A stretch of DNA of 61,228 bases, filler included, from Sphacelaria rigidula (GCA_964200075.2; 8 parts of 8 records of this genome joined end to end with filler, not necessarily neighbours in it); one strand, 5' to 3'; counted from the first letter of the whole stretch, positions 11,711-24,678 are shown. Numbers and translations are program-made. Notes: generated by a model not told the origin, from the sequence alone.

Positions 11711-14700
11711 AAAACCACTTTCCAAAATCAGGAGCCATGGTGGTCTTATTCCCATAAGTAGAAGAACAAATTACTAAAATATTGGCTCCAACAATTCCCG
11801 TAATAGTTGATCGTATCAATAGTCGGGCTTTAGGAAGATGCGACGAGACAAGAACAAAAAAGGATGTGATTCACGTTGCTTTTGCTGCAATAATATTAAT
11901 AGACGGTTCATCATTTTTTTGCTTCTTCGCGCGCTAGCGCTAAAAGTGTAGGCCTTTACTTGGTAGGACCATTCAAATGCATCGCATAGAACACAGCACT
12001 TTTCTGTCATATGACACCAAGTGTTGAGATATGACACAAATTTGATAACAAAGGGGGGATAGATGATGTAAATGTGACAAAAATAGAGCATTAATGAAGA
12101 CCTATGCGCAATTTTATCATAATCTTCGAAGATGTGAACTCTTCTGTACGTGCGGCCGTCTCTAATGGGGATGGGATTCTCGTGTGAGATTTCTTTGTGT
12201 GGGAACTTTCCAGGTGGCATGATATCCGGTTGAAATATCGCATGGGCTGGATCCTTAAAGAAAACGCGATATTCGTGTCATACAGCGAACTTGAGTGCAG
12301 TTCAGTATACAGTATGTCTTGTGCAGATGCGAAAGTTTTCAAGAATGACATGCGTATCTTGAAAAAATCCCAACATCATGTTGCTATCACTTGTGGCTCT
12401 GTTGCCATGGGAATATAAAAAAAACAACGACCAGGCCAAAACACCGCGTGGACATTTTGAAAAATTCCCTTCGTTCGGGCGTACTTCGGCCCGCTTGGAC
12501 CCTTCCTAAAAAAGTCGTATGAAGACTGCCCCGCAAGGGATACTAACGTTTTTTTTTCTGGATTTTTTCAAAATATCTCATTCTTGGAAAAATCGTATTC
12601 CCCATATGAGATGGCCTCAGCAGGCGATATATGCTTCGGCGGTCCCGCGCTGGTGAAGTCACGGATATGTGGAGGATGTGTAGCTTTATACTGTAGATGT
12701 GCATAAGGGACAGTATAGGCCGTGTCTTATTGAGGTAGACAACTATGTTTGCTCAAAATCTGTTCACCTGTGATTGATCGATGCAGTACCAACCCCCAAG
12801 AAGAGTGGAGAAATAATTATTGCGCGAACCGGAAATTGGTTTGCTCGAAGGGGGACATGGACATTGTAACATCAGGAGCACATACAAAGGTGTGACACAC
12901 AACCCAACACAACGCATGAGGCTGAGATCCATACGAGATCCCCAATGCCCTCGCGAAGAAAAGACACATAGCTCAAGCTAGACAAGCGCTAGCTGCTCAT
13001 CTGCTCAGCACTTCGTGTTTTGCGCTGGTCAAATCGATTCAGAATCCAACGAGAAAAAGTAGTTGGTGTCAGACGCGTGCCGAAACCCTTCACATCAGCG
13101 TCAGCAGCGCAGGTTTTTGGTTGAAATTGACACGCACATAGCCACCCTTCTTTCAATACTGAACGGATTTCCGACGAAGACTGGTGCGTATAGGTGAGCA
13201 AGGGCTAGCAGTAGAGATAATGCGCGTTAGCGGTGGGTGTCTGTGCGTGTTTTTGCGGTGCTCGGTGTGCATGTGCTGTGCTTACTTCTCGCGTCTTTCT
13301 CTGGACCGGCACAGAGATATTGGACCAGCGGCCACTGCTAGATCCGCTGCATTTTCGAATCTGTGCGCAGATCTGGCTTTCGTGTGAACAGAAATTGTGT
13401 TGTCGAAAAGACTAGAAGTGGTCGTCGCGGGCACAAGCCTGTTCGCAAGCAGAGTTGACTTACAGATTTTACCTGTCGCGATAAGACACGGCCTATGCAC
13501 GATACTCTATTTGTTATTGTTTTACATTTTTTGCCCTTGCTGGAAGTACTGGAGTCGTGTCCGACGAACTTCATAGTAGATGAATGCCAAGCACCAGGGA
13601 TGTCACCATGACTGTATCTGCTCATGATAAGCTTGGGGAGAGGTGTATACCAAATGCCAAAGCGCTCAAACCCACAGAAACGAGAAGCCATAAATACATA
13701 AACACAAAAACACATTGCTGCAATTTGCAACCACCTTCATTCGCGTCGTCGGTGTCCTGCTACACTGTCTGTACTGTTCTGTCACCAGCGCCCTCGAGTT
13801 CTGCGCAGCATGCATAGGAGGACCTGCTACTGTTTGCCTTCTCTTGCTTGCTGTCAAAAACCACGATCAAAGGGCGGAAAACACCCGTTTGATGAGCTCT
13901 CACTGGTGACGGTTGCCTGGGCACAACATCCCTTACTACACTGAACCACGCCGAGAACTCGCGCTTACTGTCGTGCCACAACGCCATCAAGTCGTATCAT
14001 ATGTCTGCACTGTTCGCAGAAGATGTCAATGAAAAGTCTCCAAGCTTGTCTATTTCTGCTGATGTCCCTGTCCCTGCCTCTGCCTGCCCCGCATCTGAGG
14101 CGGACGCCGACGAGGCACCCACACCCTCACGGCTGTTCGAAACAAACTATGTTATCTCTACGGAGTTTGAACTTGAAAGGAAGTACCACCACTCTTCTCG
14201 CCGGTACTGTCGCCCGTACTGTCGCCCGTTCTGTCACCAGAGAGGATGCCATCGTGTCCACGGTCCGCTGGCTGCCACTCCTGCTGCCTACTGCAGTACT
14301 GGGTATCGGAAGCGGGACGTACACGAAAGTCCTTTACGCATGGAACATAATCGCTGATCTGTTGTCAGAGTAGAAGCAATTGCCAAACCCGTACCAGTAC
14401 ATGTTGAAAAAAATTAAAAGTTTGCGATATAGATTCAACGTTTCGGGCATGTTAGGTTTTACCCTATTTTTAGCCATCTGCGAAGAGCCAGGGCAGTAGT
14501 GTTCCAAAATGTAATAATGCAATGTAACACTGCTATATGGTGAGTTGAAAACACACATTCGGGTCTTATGCTAGTGGTGCCCGTCTGATACTCCGATCGT
14601 GTTGTCGCCCCTAGACAAAATTAGGTCAACACATGCACACATGAAAAACGTACGCTTCTTTGATGAGCCACGATGTTGTCACGTTGAACCACATAGAACC

Positions 14701-15234
14701 AAATAGAAAGCACTGGCCTTGCCTTTGGTGAAGTTAGGCCAACGACTCCTGTGCTCGAATCGTACAGCATGCACAAGTTCGTGCAGGGGATATGTTCGTA
14801 AGTTCCCCATGCGCTCCACTGACCCAGAGCAACCGCTTCAGAGCCAACATTGCAGAGTGCAGAGTTCGCCCAGTTATGCTCACACTTGCATACTAAAACC
14901 TCGAGGTCATGTGTTCGCTCTATCAACCGGGACACAGGCAAGCATCAGATGGTTGGGTCGCGTTACCCGTCGACCCCACCGCGGGCGATCGATCCAGAAC
15001 CGTGTCGTTTAGCCCAGCTGACCTTCAAGATCTTCATCGTGTGGCGAACATGCTGGAGGAGGAGCAAGGTGCGACGGAAAAGCAAGTAAGACCGTAGCTT
15101 GCAATATACTGTCCGGTCAAAAGTGGCATCTGCTATGTTTTTTGTAAACGCTGCACCGCAGTTAACCCTTTTGGGACTGGGCCTCCAGAACGACCAACGA
15201 GGCTGGTTAGGAACGACGTGTCCTGCATATGCAT

Positions 15235-15334
15235 NNNNNNNNNNNNNNNNNNNNNNNNNNNNNNNNNNNNNNNNNNNNTTAATTAATTAANNNNNNNNNN
15301 NNNNNNNNNNNNNNNNNNNNNNNNNNNNNNNNNN
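15235..15334. other. Artificial contig linker N44-TTAATTAATTAA-N44
   Basis: Identical 100-bp spacer. Confidence 0.98.
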
Positions 15335-16303
15335 CAATTCTCGGAGCAATCTGGGATTTTTTCTCACACCATGCCCAACAGTGGAGAGCGACTCTGTCAT
15401 GGGTACACAAAAATCGACTTAACGGTCGATGAGGGAAAGGGACTGCTGAACCCCTCTCGCGATAAAAATAAAAAAAGGCAAGCACCGCAGAAGGAAGGTA
15501 GAGTACTGAAACCAAATAGAAAATAGAAAGCTCCTGTGTTGACCGTTCTCCTGTGTGATCCCGGCTGGTGCGCTCACATATACCGAAAGGTGTAGACCGG
15601 CGTCCAGAATGGATGGGACGATAACACACACACACACTTGTTGCAGGAGTATGCATGCGCCAGCATGACGTCGCAAGACATTTGGATCGGCATACATGGG
15701 AAGCAGTAAGACTCCTCCGTGGCCAAGGGGTTGATATTCTCTGTGCGTAGCTCTCACGTACCTCATGAGTCTCTAGTCGTACCTAACCGTGTCACCCTAC
15801 TCGAGTCACACCGGGAGATGAAGTCCAGCTTGAGTTGCATCATACGGTCAGTCTTGTCGGAAATGACTCCATGGCTGAAGTGAGGAGTCCGAGTAGCACG
15901 AGGAAGACTCGGACGAGTGGGACACGTGTAAGCTTCGGTTGTGTAGGTGGCAGAACCATTCCTGGATGGGAGTCAAGGCGTGAGCAAGATTGCGTCGGTG
16001 TTCACGGAAAAGCTATAGAATGAAAACCTTCCGAAGCAGCAACCGGACGGACGTCCTGGGGGGACGAATCCCGACACGGGAGGCAATTACCTTGTATTTC
16101 TTGAAGTTGGCATGAGGTATCATATCGAAAGTCAGCGGAGATGACGAGAGCGCACGTTCGATCTTTAACACGGTCATTCACAATGCGTTCCGCAAGACCG
16201 TGCGCAACACGATATTCGTTTTCACAACGTCCCTCTATCACTGTCTCTCTGTCTGTCGTTTTTCATTCTCCCGTCCCTTAATGCTGCTGTCCATGTGAAA
16301 AAG

Positions 16304-19213
16304 TTTGATAAGTCCCCGAGGTCGATCAGAGATATGTTGGGTGAGGTGCAGTCGCTTGATGTGGCACGCCGAGAATGGGACCACGTGGTCTTTACCGTCC
16401 AAAAGTCTACAGGGGCTGCCTTTGTCGTGACCCCGAGCCTGTGGGACAACTTCCAGCAAACCGTCGCTCGTAATCTTCTGCAGTCCATGAGGGAGCAGTT
16501 TCACAAGCCGCGACCCGGGTACGTGATGTGTGTGCTTGTGTTTTAGCATGTTTGTACAACCACACTGGACCGAGACCTCAGTGATGATAATGACGTACCA
16601 CTCCAATCAAAGGTGTGCCGATTTCTGTAGGCTTGAGCACGCAGCGCCTAGTCTAGCGTCAAAATGCCCCAGTATTCATCTGAACACGTCAACAGCTATA
16701 CCAACAGAGCGAAACACCTTGACTTGACTTGAAAATCCATGTGGCGGCTTGTGACGGTGGGCAACTGTTTTCTGACTCGACGAATACCTGCGACCATCAT
16801 CAGCGTCAGTCGTGACACAATATATACGTTCTTACACATATTCGTATTCAAACCTCCACCTCTCTGGAACGAGTGCATACCGTCATCGACCCATATCTCG
16901 TCCTCGGTACCTCTCCTCCTACGTATTTTGGAGCGTTGAATCAGCACTTTCGCAGTCCGTCGACTCTTATTGCGTCGGTGTCAAGTCTATTCTTATGCTA
17001 GCTGTGACGGAGACCAAATGCCAGCCCGTACTCGCAGTGCGCTAGTGAAATGGCCACCTCCTTCCGTAACGGGCCTGGCAATCCGCCCGAACGGGAAATG
17101 TACGCTCCGAGCACCGGCGGTTGATGCAGCAGTCCGGTAGTTCTTCGCCGATGTTGACCCAAGTATACACCTATTCTGTCAATACTGCCCTGACTATTTC
17201 CCACAGCAACAGGTTGGTTCCCGTGTCCGATGTCACCAAGATCATATGTGAAAGTCTGCAATATTTCACCGGCGCAAACCCGTGTTGCTCCCTCATGACA
17301 CCTCCCCTTTCCGACGCTGATGTTTCCGGTCCTGACCCCTTCGCTTGGCGCAGAAAGCCGCGAGAAATCCCCCGTTGTGGCTTCGAGGCAGGAATATTAA
17401 ATTTCGGGATTCACGTGAGGATGGGGGACCGGGCAGGATTAGACAGAACACCCGAGGAGTTCCTCACCAGGCTGAACGGCTTCATGGATACAGTCACGGA
17501 GGTCACCGCTGAGCTTGGAATTGCACAACCGGTGTTCCATGTGTTTTCCGAGTCCCAACAGCCGTGCCCACACGCAGACACGGCAACGTTCGAGGAGTTT
17601 CCTTTGTGGCCCGTGGATATGAACGAGGTGAAGTACGATAGAGCATTCCCCTACGGTTCAATAATTTGTATCCCGACTGCTAGAGGACGGAATGTTCCCG
17701 AAATAGTGCAGCCCACTTCCCCGTGCGGTGGTGGGGATGTCCCGCACGCAGCCCGCTTCGAGCGAACCTGTTCTTCTCTCCGTAGCTCTCGTCCGCATGG
17801 TGCGGTCGATACCCGTGGTTTGAGAGCATCATTTCATTCAAGACAGGATCGACAAGGGCTCCTTTACTCATGTCCTGCACCATCCTCGCACCCACAGCGG
17901 TCACGCAAAGCAGTATCACCATATTTTGGTGGGGCTCATGCTTGGTCAACCATGCTCTTCGCATCATATTGTGGGGCCTCATACCCCCGGTTCCGGTGCA
18001 CTCCAAGAAATCATGTTGCACACGAAGTGGACCCGGCCATGTACATCTGCTGTGTTCGCTTCCTGTCTTGCTACATTTACCGCACTCCTCCTCAATTACC
18101 AAACTCGAAATCCTCACATCCTGGCACAACACACAGACAACTTTGAAGCAGCTGCCTCGTCCACTTCGGTGAGCAGGCGTCCCTTACGAGCCTAAACCCC
18201 CCCAACTCCGCAGGTACACGCGTGTGAGGCGGCGGAAACCCCGGTGGACTGCTTGGAGCTCCAGGCTGGCTTGTCGTCGTGTCCTCCTGACCGCTCCGGG
18301 ATATTTCACGTCAAGGATCGACCGTTGCTCATCCACGTCGGCGCTGATGTTAGGAACGAGATGTCGTGCATGGTCCACGCCGACGGCATGATGACTGGCT
18401 GTAGTACCTTCGGCCAGGTGAGGAGTGCGTGCACAATGAGTGTGATGATGCCCCCATCTAGGCGTGATAGGGATTGTCCTATACGAAGCGAAGCGCTTTG
18501 AACGCGACAAACTTCGCCTTTCTCTATGCTGCTGTTTGATACCGGTAGCTTGCTCTGGGAGAATGAAATTCCGTATCCACAATAGTAACACCCTCCGGAC
18601 GCGTATCCTCCTGCCCGCGAAGAAACGTAGCGGAAGGAACCATTGTCATGCTGCTTGCGTGCGGAACAGTCAGATTGGCGGAGATTTTCAGTCATCATTC
18701 TACATCCATGGTGAAAAGTAAGTGGGAACCATCTGCGAAGGCGCGTTGGTGGGTCCCTTGAACAATGTTTCTGAAGTTGAACTATACTAGAAACAAAAGC
18801 AGACCCGGACAGCGGATTTATGCTGCACCTGAATTGGGTAAAACCATATCTCCATGCTCGCACTAGAAATCCTTCGATCCCAAAATAGGAAGAGGACAAC
18901 CATGTCAGTTCGATGAACTCTGGTTTTCAGACTCGAGCGATGGGTCATTTTTGCTAAGCGTAAAAAATATCTGCTTCGCTGTTTTCAGGTGGCCGGTTTG
19001 CTCAGTAAAGGGCTGAAGTTCTTCTCGATAGGATGCGATGGGCCACGAACTCCGCCTCACTACAAGACGCTTCCACCTCTGGCGTTAGCGGAGCGAGGAG
19101 ACAAGTGGGTGCCCGTGCGTGGATCGTGGCATGATCCAGAGCTCATGTCTCGAGATATTCTGAAAAAGGAACTCGTCAAAATTATCCACAACGGGATCCT
19201 ACCGGGGTTGTGA
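16304..19213 (+). CDS. Fucosyltransferase-like glycosyltransferase (GT11/GT23/GT37-type motifs), 5'-partial multi-exon gene
   Basis: Exons 16304-16518, 17354-17627, 18214-18417 and 18989-19213 have canonical AG/GT boundaries and matching phases (GG|A = Gly, then phase 0, phase 0), ending at TGA. The spliced protein contains GIHVRMGD (17412-17429 = HVRMGD), FHVFSE, and HADGMMTGCSTFGQ|VAGLLS. These correspond to the three conserved motifs of alpha-1,2/alpha-1,6/O-fucosyltransferases. Confidence 0.8.
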
Positions 19214-19856
19214 CGAACATTTTGAATGCTGTGAGACACATACATACGATTGTGAGTTTGTGTTGCAACAGCGTGAGGTGCTGTTGTTTTCCACGATCAC
19301 TGTGTCGACCTTACTGAATATTTTTGCATATGCATCTGCGATGATGAGATTTGCTTTAGCGAGAGTAGAAGGTTCTGCTGTTTTTTTGACGGCCGTTGCA
19401 CATGCACATGAGATGGGGGTTGTCAATACTTGTGTCATCGTTTCCAACCCTGGGCAGGTCTCCACTGAAGGCAAGGGGCTAAACGTTACCGCCCCCCGTG
19501 TTTGTGTGTTTGCCAAAAGGGTGAGTTGGCCTTTTGAATTACATACCTTTCGCTTTGATGTCGCGTATTAAATGGGCGTATTTGCGGTTCGTGTCTTGTG
19601 CCGTTTCTTGTGTGCATTTTGCTCAGCCATGTGCGTAAGCCTCGATGTAAGTCCAAGCAAATGCCTACTAGTCGAACAGGAGGCCTACTACGAGTGAACG
19701 GATAGCTGGGATACGAGGAGTTTTTTGCAGCAGAGTGATCAACCGGTAGGGAGAGCGCAGAGGAGTGTTTGATTCCACGAAGAACAGGAGCTCATGGAAG
19801 TGTTGATTAACTTTGATTGATTGTCGCACGTTAACCGACCCCCCAGGGGTCCAGCC

Positions 19857-20020
19857 GTGTAAGACGACCTAACACACTCGCGGAGCACTTGCATGTATCA
19901 AGCGGTGCTATTGAGTGTCTTATCGGTACCAAGCGCGTTCGAACAAAAGTTTCTTCTTTCAGTGACGATTTGATGTGACATTTTCGTGCAAGAAATGCCC
20001 CCCCTCAACGTAGGATGACT
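19857..20020 (+). repeat. Dispersed ~200-bp repeat family R2 (MITE-like), diverged copy
   Basis: gtgt.agacgacct..cacactcgcg ... gttcga.caa ... tttcgtgcaagaa.tg...cccc...gatgactc is shared with 48890-49098 and 53726-53935. Confidence 0.65.
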
Positions 20021-20754
20021 CTGTATTTCGTTTACGGCGCCCTCGTGAAACGGGTTACCCAGCGCTCGATATGGGGCAAACCATGACTGCTGCCACGATT
20101 TGGTACTATTGATACACGAGAAAGTGCGTAAAGCAGCGCCTCTTGCCCGCTACTCTCATTGCGGTCGGGGTCGTTCGCTTCACCATGATTGCTACCATGC
20201 GTGATAAAAAGCAAGGGCATGATGGGGTCTCTTGTCCCTTTCAGGTAGGTCGCTGTGCGGGTTTGGAGTCTTATAATGTAAACTTACTGCTGGAGATAAG
20301 TCCCGTCCCACCAAACATCGCACTACCGCTTCATGTGGGCGGAAAAAACTCTGCAGCGGCGTCTGAATACATTCCGGTGCTACTATTCATCAAGGCGTGC
20401 TGTAGTACTCATGTAACCGTTGTAGTGGAACGTGCAACGAAGGGCGCAGCTATATTTCGTTGTACCTGAGGAGACTTTCCCCGTCAGTTTCAGGTCTAGT
20501 CATGGTAATATCTGCGCCCCTTTCGTGACAGCGGAGCGTTCGTACACGCGGTCTTCGCGTGTTTCAAGCACCATCTAGTCGTTGAGTTTCGGCTGTTGGT
20601 TGTGAGATGAACGTTATGGGTGGCGAGGGCAATCGGTATTCCCTGACTTTTGCGCATTTGTTTTACGTCGGATTGACATTCATTGTTACGGGAAGTGTAA
20701 GCCCATCACGAAAATGTGCGATCGCTGTATAATGGAGGTTTCCCTGAACGTGAG

Positions 20755-20925
20755 TAAACATAATAGTTGACTGAGTTTGTTTGACATGAGTGGATGCGGT
20801 GCGGGAGTGCTGACCCAACCCGCAAGGCCAAAATGCAAGGCGTGCACCAGGGAGAGATGGGTTCGAGCCTTGAGACCACGGACTCGCCCTGAGGGAGGCA
20901 AGGGGTTCAAAATGCGACAAATGAA
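20755..20925 (+). repeat. Dispersed ~170-bp repeat family R3, copy 1
   Basis: Colinear with 40212-40375 (gtttg..tgac.tgagt.ga.gc.gtgcgggag.gctgacccaa.ccgc.ag..caaaatg ... accacggactc ... aggggttcaaa). Confidence 0.7.
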
Positions 20926-22720
20926 ATAAAATGAAATAAAATAAATATAATAGTGTTGAGTGGTATGACCATGCGAGAACCCCATCACGACCTGAACTCT
21001 CGCAACGCGTAAGTGAGATGATATAGATGAGTGAAAACTTGTAACTTTCGCAACAGCTGGTGGTAGGGTAGTCAGACTGTCTTCACGTGCTTCGCTGCGG
21101 AACGATTTGGTGCTCGTGGATGGGAGAAAACAGGGAAAAAAATTGTATCTACTGACATCCTTAGGCACGGAAGTCAAGCTCGTTGCGTGTATTTTCTACT
21201 GGTGGGGTTTATGTGCGCTCCTGTCGTGAGTTTGGCTGGCAGTACACGAAGATGTTCGACCGGACAGTCTATTGCGCCAGGAGGTTTTCATCTCAAGTGC
21301 TGATGCGCCGTCGTCGTTTCTTTGCCATTGTTTCTCGTCCGGGTCTGGCATCACGTTAGCAAGGGTATCTGTACGAGCAATGCTATGGTACGGGTGCACG
21401 TTTTGCGCAAAACCTTATTTGGTTCATGGGCTCCTAACGGTTTAAGATGCCCAAGAGTATGGGTCAGGGCATCCCCGTTTGCAAATTCATCCGGGATATT
21501 CCTGGCATATTGGAATATTAATCTCGGCGTACTCTCACATATTTCATACGCCGTGTTTCGGAGGAGATAAAGGGTTCCTACAAAGTTTAACCTCAGACAA
21601 TCTTTGCGCACCCCTATCGTAGCATCACACGTACGTTCGTAGGCAATAATTGTTCTATCGGGGAGGTGCGTAAACACCCTTTTCTTCTTGTCAAAGTATC
21701 TTCTGTCAGCGTATATCTCATGGTGTTCAGAGTGTCGAGTATTCTTTATTGTTTTCGCATAACATATACAATACGCAAACAATTGAGAGAACAAAGGAAA
21801 GTTTCGGGAGTGTCAACTTACGGAGATTATACGCCGACAAATACGACCCTGACAACAGAAACTGTGCGTTTCCGAAACCTCCATTTTTGTGAACATGAGT
21901 GTGCACGCAAAACAACCAAGACTGCATATATATGACCGGCGCTATACGCGTCCTTTTGACGCGTGTACGTCCCTGAACCAGTCCGAAGATGATCCTCTGA
22001 CACTTAACTCCTACCGCCCGGTTCCAAAGTAGCCATACATCATGCGTTTTTGTGCCCAGTGCAGGGATGGTGTCGTAGGACTCTTCACGTTTGCCGTCCG
22101 GTCCAAAGATGAGCACTTGAGACTCGTGCCCGCTTCAAGGATGTATATGTGAAATTTTCACTTCAGCCAGTCGGTTTAGAGATGGCCATTTGGGAATCGT
22201 GCCCCGTTCAAAGATGGTCGTGTGAGACTCATTTCGACACAGCCGATTCACGTATGTTACCGTACGGATTGGGTGGGGCAAGGGGTGGTCAAGATAATTC
22301 GTTAAGGAACAGAACCCCTGGGAATGTTGAAAATCATTTTTCTGGGGGAGGGGGGCATGGCTGGCGGGTGTAGTTGGCAAGGGGTGTGACGGTTTAAGAG
22401 ACGCTGACTGGTCAGCACAAAAGTAGTCTAGTTGGTTATCTCTTAAACCGTCACAAAAGTTAGTCGTGGGGGTCCAGTCCCCGTCACTTTCACTCCGAGG
22501 AGGGCGACTCCCCTTGACAGCGCTCTCGACTGCCTTCAGGACTTCTTGTGTTGTCGCTTTCACCGTATTCTAGAGGTACTCGTCTCCCCCACTCATTCCA
22601 AGAGTGTGTGCACTGGGGACCCTAGCAGTCAACTTCAAACATAGCCACCAGGCTATACCCCGCCCTTTTTCTTTTGGCCAATGTTTTAGTGAGGTTTTCT
22701 CTCTTTGGGGCCAAGTTTTT

Positions 22721-22901
22721 ACAGAGGTTTTCTCTCCTCTTTTTTTCTTCAAAGGAAGTGCGTTCGACGGGAATCGAACCACCAGCGACTAACTTTTTTT
22801 ACTGTTTCAAGGACAACCAACTAGACTAGCTGACGAGTCGCTGGTTCGATTCCCATCGGACGCACTTTCTTTGAAGAAAAAAGAGGAGAGAAAACCTCAG
22901 T
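22721..22901. repeat. Inverted pair of tRNA/SINE-like segments (~65-bp arms) at the contig end
   Basis: 22721-22790 is the imperfect reverse complement of 22836-22901. Both arms contain the B box GGTTCGATTCC, and an A-box-like TAGTCTAGTTGG lies on the minus strand in the spacer. Confidence 0.7.
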
Positions 22902-23001
22902 NNNNNNNNNNNNNNNNNNNNNNNNNNNNNNNNNNNNNNNNNNNNTTAATTAATTAANNNNNNNNNNNNNNNNNNNNNNNNNNNNNNNNNNNNNNNNNNN
23001 N
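22902..23001. other. Artificial contig linker N44-TTAATTAATTAA-N44
   Basis: Identical 100-bp spacer. Confidence 0.98.
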
Positions 23002-23002
23002 A

Positions 23003-23942
23003 AGAACAGAAAGTCACGGGTTAACCCGATAGCTTGCACACCCACTGCGACGAGGTCGCTGCTGGGTAGAGTCAGTCTGCATTTTCTTTTGTCTTGTATT
23101 TTGTTCTGGATTCGTTTTGGAGTATTGGGTTGTGGGCTCGATTTTTTCAAGTCTTGGTTGCGCCTTTGAAAAATCCATAATTCTCGAGCCTTGAACAAAT
23201 GGTAGGATTTCGAAGAAATCTGAGGTTTGTGTTGGCGAATGACGAAATATAGGATCAGGTCACGGAGTGGCTGATGACGACATAACAGGATGGTGGAGGT
23301 CACGGTGAGAGAACAAAATGCACATCCGCCCCCCCTCGCTCAGTAATGTTCAGTCCCTAAGCCCAAAAAGCACTCCGCGCTCGCCAATAGTGAGCAAGGC
23401 AACGGACAGCCACAGGTGGAAGACAGTCAAGTACAGTACAAGTGGTGGTTCTCGAACGTGTTCGAATCAATTTGCCCGCCCGCCGCCCTGTTACTCGAGA
23501 GAGGGTGGGACAAGGGTAGAACGGTTGATTCTCGTTTTTTTCTTTTTTCTTTTTTCGTTTAGTTTTGTTTGGTTTTGTTCACGTTTATCTTGGCGGGGTA
23601 ATTGAGGTTTGATTCGGTCTATGTCTACGGTCTTTCTTCTCTGCGTCCGCTTTAAGAAACCCTCCCCCCCCCCTGTTCCCCGAGGGGTGGGGGGGGGGGG
23701 GAAGTGTTGACCAGCCCCGAAAAAATGGGGACGGATCAACAACCAAGAGCAGAAAGTCACGGGATAGCCCGATAGCTTGCGCACCCACTGCGACGAGGTC
23801 GCTGCTTGGTAGAGTCACTCTGGATTTTCTTGTGTCTTGTATTTTGTTCTGAATTCGTTTTGGAGTATTGGGTTGTGGGATCGATTTTTTCGAGTGTTGT
23901 TGGTTGCGCCTTTAAAAAATCCATAATTCTCGAGTCTCAAAC
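23003..23942 (+). repeat. Direct duplication of a ~195-bp segment (23003-23196 and 23746-23942)
   Basis: Both copies read cagaaagtcacggg..a.cccgatagcttgc.cacccactgcgacgaggtcgctgct.ggtagagtca...aaaatccataattctcgag. Confidence 0.85.
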
Positions 23943-24201
23943 AGGTAGTCATTTTCTTCAACTGCAGGTGAACTACAGATGAACTACTCCGTTGTCTCGT
24001 AGCCGTATTCCTCAGTTTGAATCCCAAACGTGGCCTAGTCCATTGCAGTCCAACTGCGGGGGTGGTCGCTGTCGAAGGGTTGTACATCTGCCTATTTCCT
24101 CTGTCCCGTGAGTCCGGTCGATTATGTTTGTACGAGCCCTTACCCGTGTCCGATCTGATTTTCGATGCGTGTTTTCTACTTCTCGGGTGTTTTTTCAGTT
24201 A

Positions 24202-24678
24202 GGTCGCTTCTTACAGACTGAAAAAAATCTGTTTGAGAACTGCCCTTTTGAACCTTTCATCCCGGGTTATTGGCTGAATACAGGCCTTGGCGGATTTGGC
24301 CTCCCCGGAAAGATTTGCTATATGTTTCACGAGGATTCTAGCGCACTTTTCCCATCGTTTGTACGCCCAGTTTTACTCTTGCCCGGATCCTATTTTTTTT
24401 CAGTCACCCCAAAAAACTTCGATTTGTCGGGAAAAAGTACGTATTTTTCCCGACAACCGGGCGATTTTCGCGGCGACTGAAGAAAATCAGGATCCGGGCA
24501 AGAGTAAAACTGGGCGTACAAACGATGGGAAAAGTGCGCTAGAATCCTCGTGAAACATATAGCAAATCTTTCCGGGGAGGCCAAATCCGCCAAGGCCTGT
24601 ATTCAGCCCATAATTCGAGATGAAAGGTTCAAAAGGGCAGTTCTCAGACAGATTTTTTTCAGTCTATAGGAAGCGGCC
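24202..24678. mobile_element. Foldback MITE that is almost entirely one inverted repeat (~235-bp arms), flanked by TA (TTA/TAA)
   Basis: Begins GGTCGCTTCTTACAGACTGAAAAAAATCTG and ends CAGATTTTTTTCAGTCTATAGGAAGCGGCC. The arms are near-identical (the ORF track gives the same MADLASPERFAICF peptide on both strands). The centre is gtcgggaaaaagtacgtatttttcccgac. Confidence 0.9.

Noticed and set aside
11816-12351. Possible HNH-like fragment (HLHHLSPLC...VLCSMRC) or viral ORF on the minus strand
   Set aside because: The frame is short and bounded by stops, it lacks the conserved Asn/His, and the match is consistent with chance.
14020-15085. Possible exons (AG/GT-bounded segments near 14020-14180, 14738-14797 and 14938-15085)
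   Set aside because: The frames are ambiguous and I recognise no domain, so a gene call cannot be supported.
17121-18146. The 341-aa ORF as a single-exon gene
   Set aside because: Only 17354-17627 is exon-like and bounded by splice sites. The flanks are intron read-through.
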